Shown here in pieces: positions 62,625 to 64,000 of a DNA stretch of 64,000 nucleotides. Position numbers and translations under genes: made by a program. The stretch covers positions 512,001-576,000 of the forward strand of contig CAVUDP010000004.1 of NCBI GenBank assembly GCA_963740315.1, in the 5' to 3' direction. Positions within the stretch are counted from its first letter, which is position 1. Each line of letters opens with the position of its first letter. This stretch comes from an uncultured cyanobacterium (GTDB lineage: Bacteria; Cyanobacteriota; Cyanobacteriia; Cyanobacteriales; Nostocaceae). The notes beneath the pieces are model-generated. The model saw only the letters and a list, made by a program, of their open reading frames with translations. It searched no databases and had not been told where the DNA came from.

Positions 62625-63755
62625 TTGGATATTTATCAAGTTGCACTACGTCCGCTCTTATTCAATCTCATAAAAGCAGATCCCGAAAACTTACATTCAA
62701 AGACAATTCGCACTTTGGAATGGTTGGGAAGTGGCGATCGCCCACCTGCTTTAGTCAAAAGTCGCTTGCAGCAATCGTTTTGTCTGCGCGATTCCCGTTT
62801 GTCACAATCGCTGTTTGGACTGCAATTTCCCAATCCCGTAGGTTTAGCAGCCGGATTTGATAAAGATGGTGTTGCCATTCCTATGTGGTCTAGTTTGGGT
62901 TTTGGTTTTGCAGAAGTCGGAACTGTTACCTCAGTTGCACAACCGGGAAATCCCCGTCCTCGGTTGTTTCGCTTACCGAACGATGAAGCCGCTCTTAACC
63001 GCATGGGTTTTAATAACTGCGGTGCAGCTGCAATGGCAGCACTTTTAGCACGCACTTCAAAGCCAGATCCTTTAATTCCTATCGGTATAAATTTAGGAAA
63101 ATCGAAAGTAACACCGTTAGAAGAAGCCCCCAAAGATTACCGTCACAGCTTCAGCTTACTGAAAAATTACGGTGATTACTTCGTAGTAAATGTATCTTCG
63201 CCTAATACGCCAGGATTGCGAAAACTGCAAGATGCAGCCATGTTAGGTTCTATATTGGATGCCTTACATGAAGAGAATAATTTACAAAAACCAATATTTG
63301 TGAAAATTGCGCCGGATTTGGAATGGGAAGCGATCGCAGAAATCGTATCTTTAGCTCAAAGTTATAAATTGGCGGGAATTATTGCCACCAATACCACAAT
63401 TAAGCGTGAAGGGTTAAATACTCAAATACTTGCTCAAACTGGTAACTCACTATCGGAAGAAGCGGGTGGAATCAGCGGAAAACCAGTGCGAGAACGTTCC
63501 ACGGAGATAATTCGGTATATTTGGCAGCAAAGCCAGGGTGAAATCCCTATTATCGGCGTTGGTGGTATTTTTACCGCAGAAGACGCTTGGGATAAAATTA
63601 CCGCTGGTGCTTGTTTAGTTCAAATTTATACAGGCTGGGTTTATCAAGGACCTGGAATCATCCGCCGCATTCTCAAAGGTTTGCTGTTGAAATTGTCAGA
63701 AAACGGATTGAATAACATATCTCAAGCCGTGGGATTAGCTAATAAAAATTGTTAG
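62625..63755 (+). CDS. pyrD: Quinone-dependent dihydroorotate dehydrogenase (class 2)
   Basis: [52 protein letters not shown]. Confidence 0.97.
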   Translation: MDIYQVALRPLLFNLIKADPENLHSKTIRTLEWLGSGDRPPALVKSRLQQSFCLRDSRLSQSLFGLQFPNPVGLAAGFDKDGVAIPMWSSLGFGFAEVGTVTSVAQPGNPRPRLFRLPNDEAALNRMGFNNCGAAAMAALLARTSKPDPLIPIGINLGKSKVTPLEEAPKDYRHSFSLLKNYGDYFVVNVSSPNTPGLRKLQDAAMLGSILDALHEENNLQKPIFVKIAPDLEWEAIAEIVSLAQSYKLAGIIATNTTIKREGLNTQILAQTGNSLSEEAGGISGKPVRERSTEIIRYIWQQSQGEIPIIGVGGIFTAEDAWDKITAGACLVQIYTGWVYQGPGIIRRILKGLLLKLSENGLNNISQAVGLANKNC

Positions 63756-63816
63756 TTATCAGTAATAGGGAACGACCATCTGCTTAAAAAATACAACGGT
63801 TCTCAATCGAGTTTAA

Positions 63817-63870
63817 CTGGTTCCTAGCTTCTAGCTGGGAATCCATATCTTAAGGCTCTGCCTCAAGAGG
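63817..63870 (+). mobile_element. Degenerate intergenic half copy of the palindromic element found inside the two hybrid kinases
   Basis: CTGGTTCCTAGCTTCTAGCTGGGAATCCATATCTTAAGGCTCTGCCTC aligns by eye with CTCGTTCCCTGGCTCTGCCAGGGAATGCATATCATGAGGCTCTGCCTC. Confidence 0.65.
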
Positions 63871-64000
63871 TTTTAAATAATATCTAATCACTGCAACATC
63901 GCCAAAAATTAAAAAAATCTTTAGGCGCATTTACTGCTACTAAGCGTGAGAACCGCTACATCAATGCACCCAAAAATTGAAAATTAACTTTTTCTAACTT

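Larger units (their letters stand above)
1..64000. repeat. Dispersed HIP1 octamer GCGATCGC (cyanobacterial signature)
   Basis: Dozens of occurrences, for example near 1971, 2305, 6064, 7358, 7382 and 31924. Confidence 0.95.

Overview
AT-rich chromosomal segment from a filamentous cyanobacterium, probably heterocyst-forming. The evidence is frequent HIP1 GCGATCGC octamers, heptameric STRR-type intergenic repeats and Nostocales-like gene content. Housekeeping genes include ribF, surE, pheS, recQ, leuA, labA, glmU, pyrD, an isoaspartyl peptidase and an hsp20/dnaJ-class/cbpM cluster. Signalling genes are dense: two PAS histidine kinases, two giant Ser/Thr kinase-ATPase-GAF-His kinases (one split by a 1-nt frameshift) plus an orphan 3' fragment of a third, a CHASE2 Ser/Thr kinase next to a secreted FecR protein and an outer-membrane barrel, an HD-GYP response regulator and a multi-GAF pseudo-kinase. 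No rRNA, tRNA, CRISPR array or intact transposase was seen. Main observations: (1) a candidate three-part trans-envelope signalling module (CHASE2 kinase, FecR protein with Pro/Thr stalk, beta-barrel); (2) a SigJ-type GGGaAtacT promoter motif upstream of all the orphan kinases; (3) palindromic mobile repeats translated in frame inside both giant kinases; (4) a nested repeat array (small insert within a REP-like unit, within MITE-like ends); (5) a SMI1/KNR4-DUF6745-like fusion; (6) two small Cys-rich proteins missing from the ORF track. All family assignments come from recognising motifs by eye; no searches were run.
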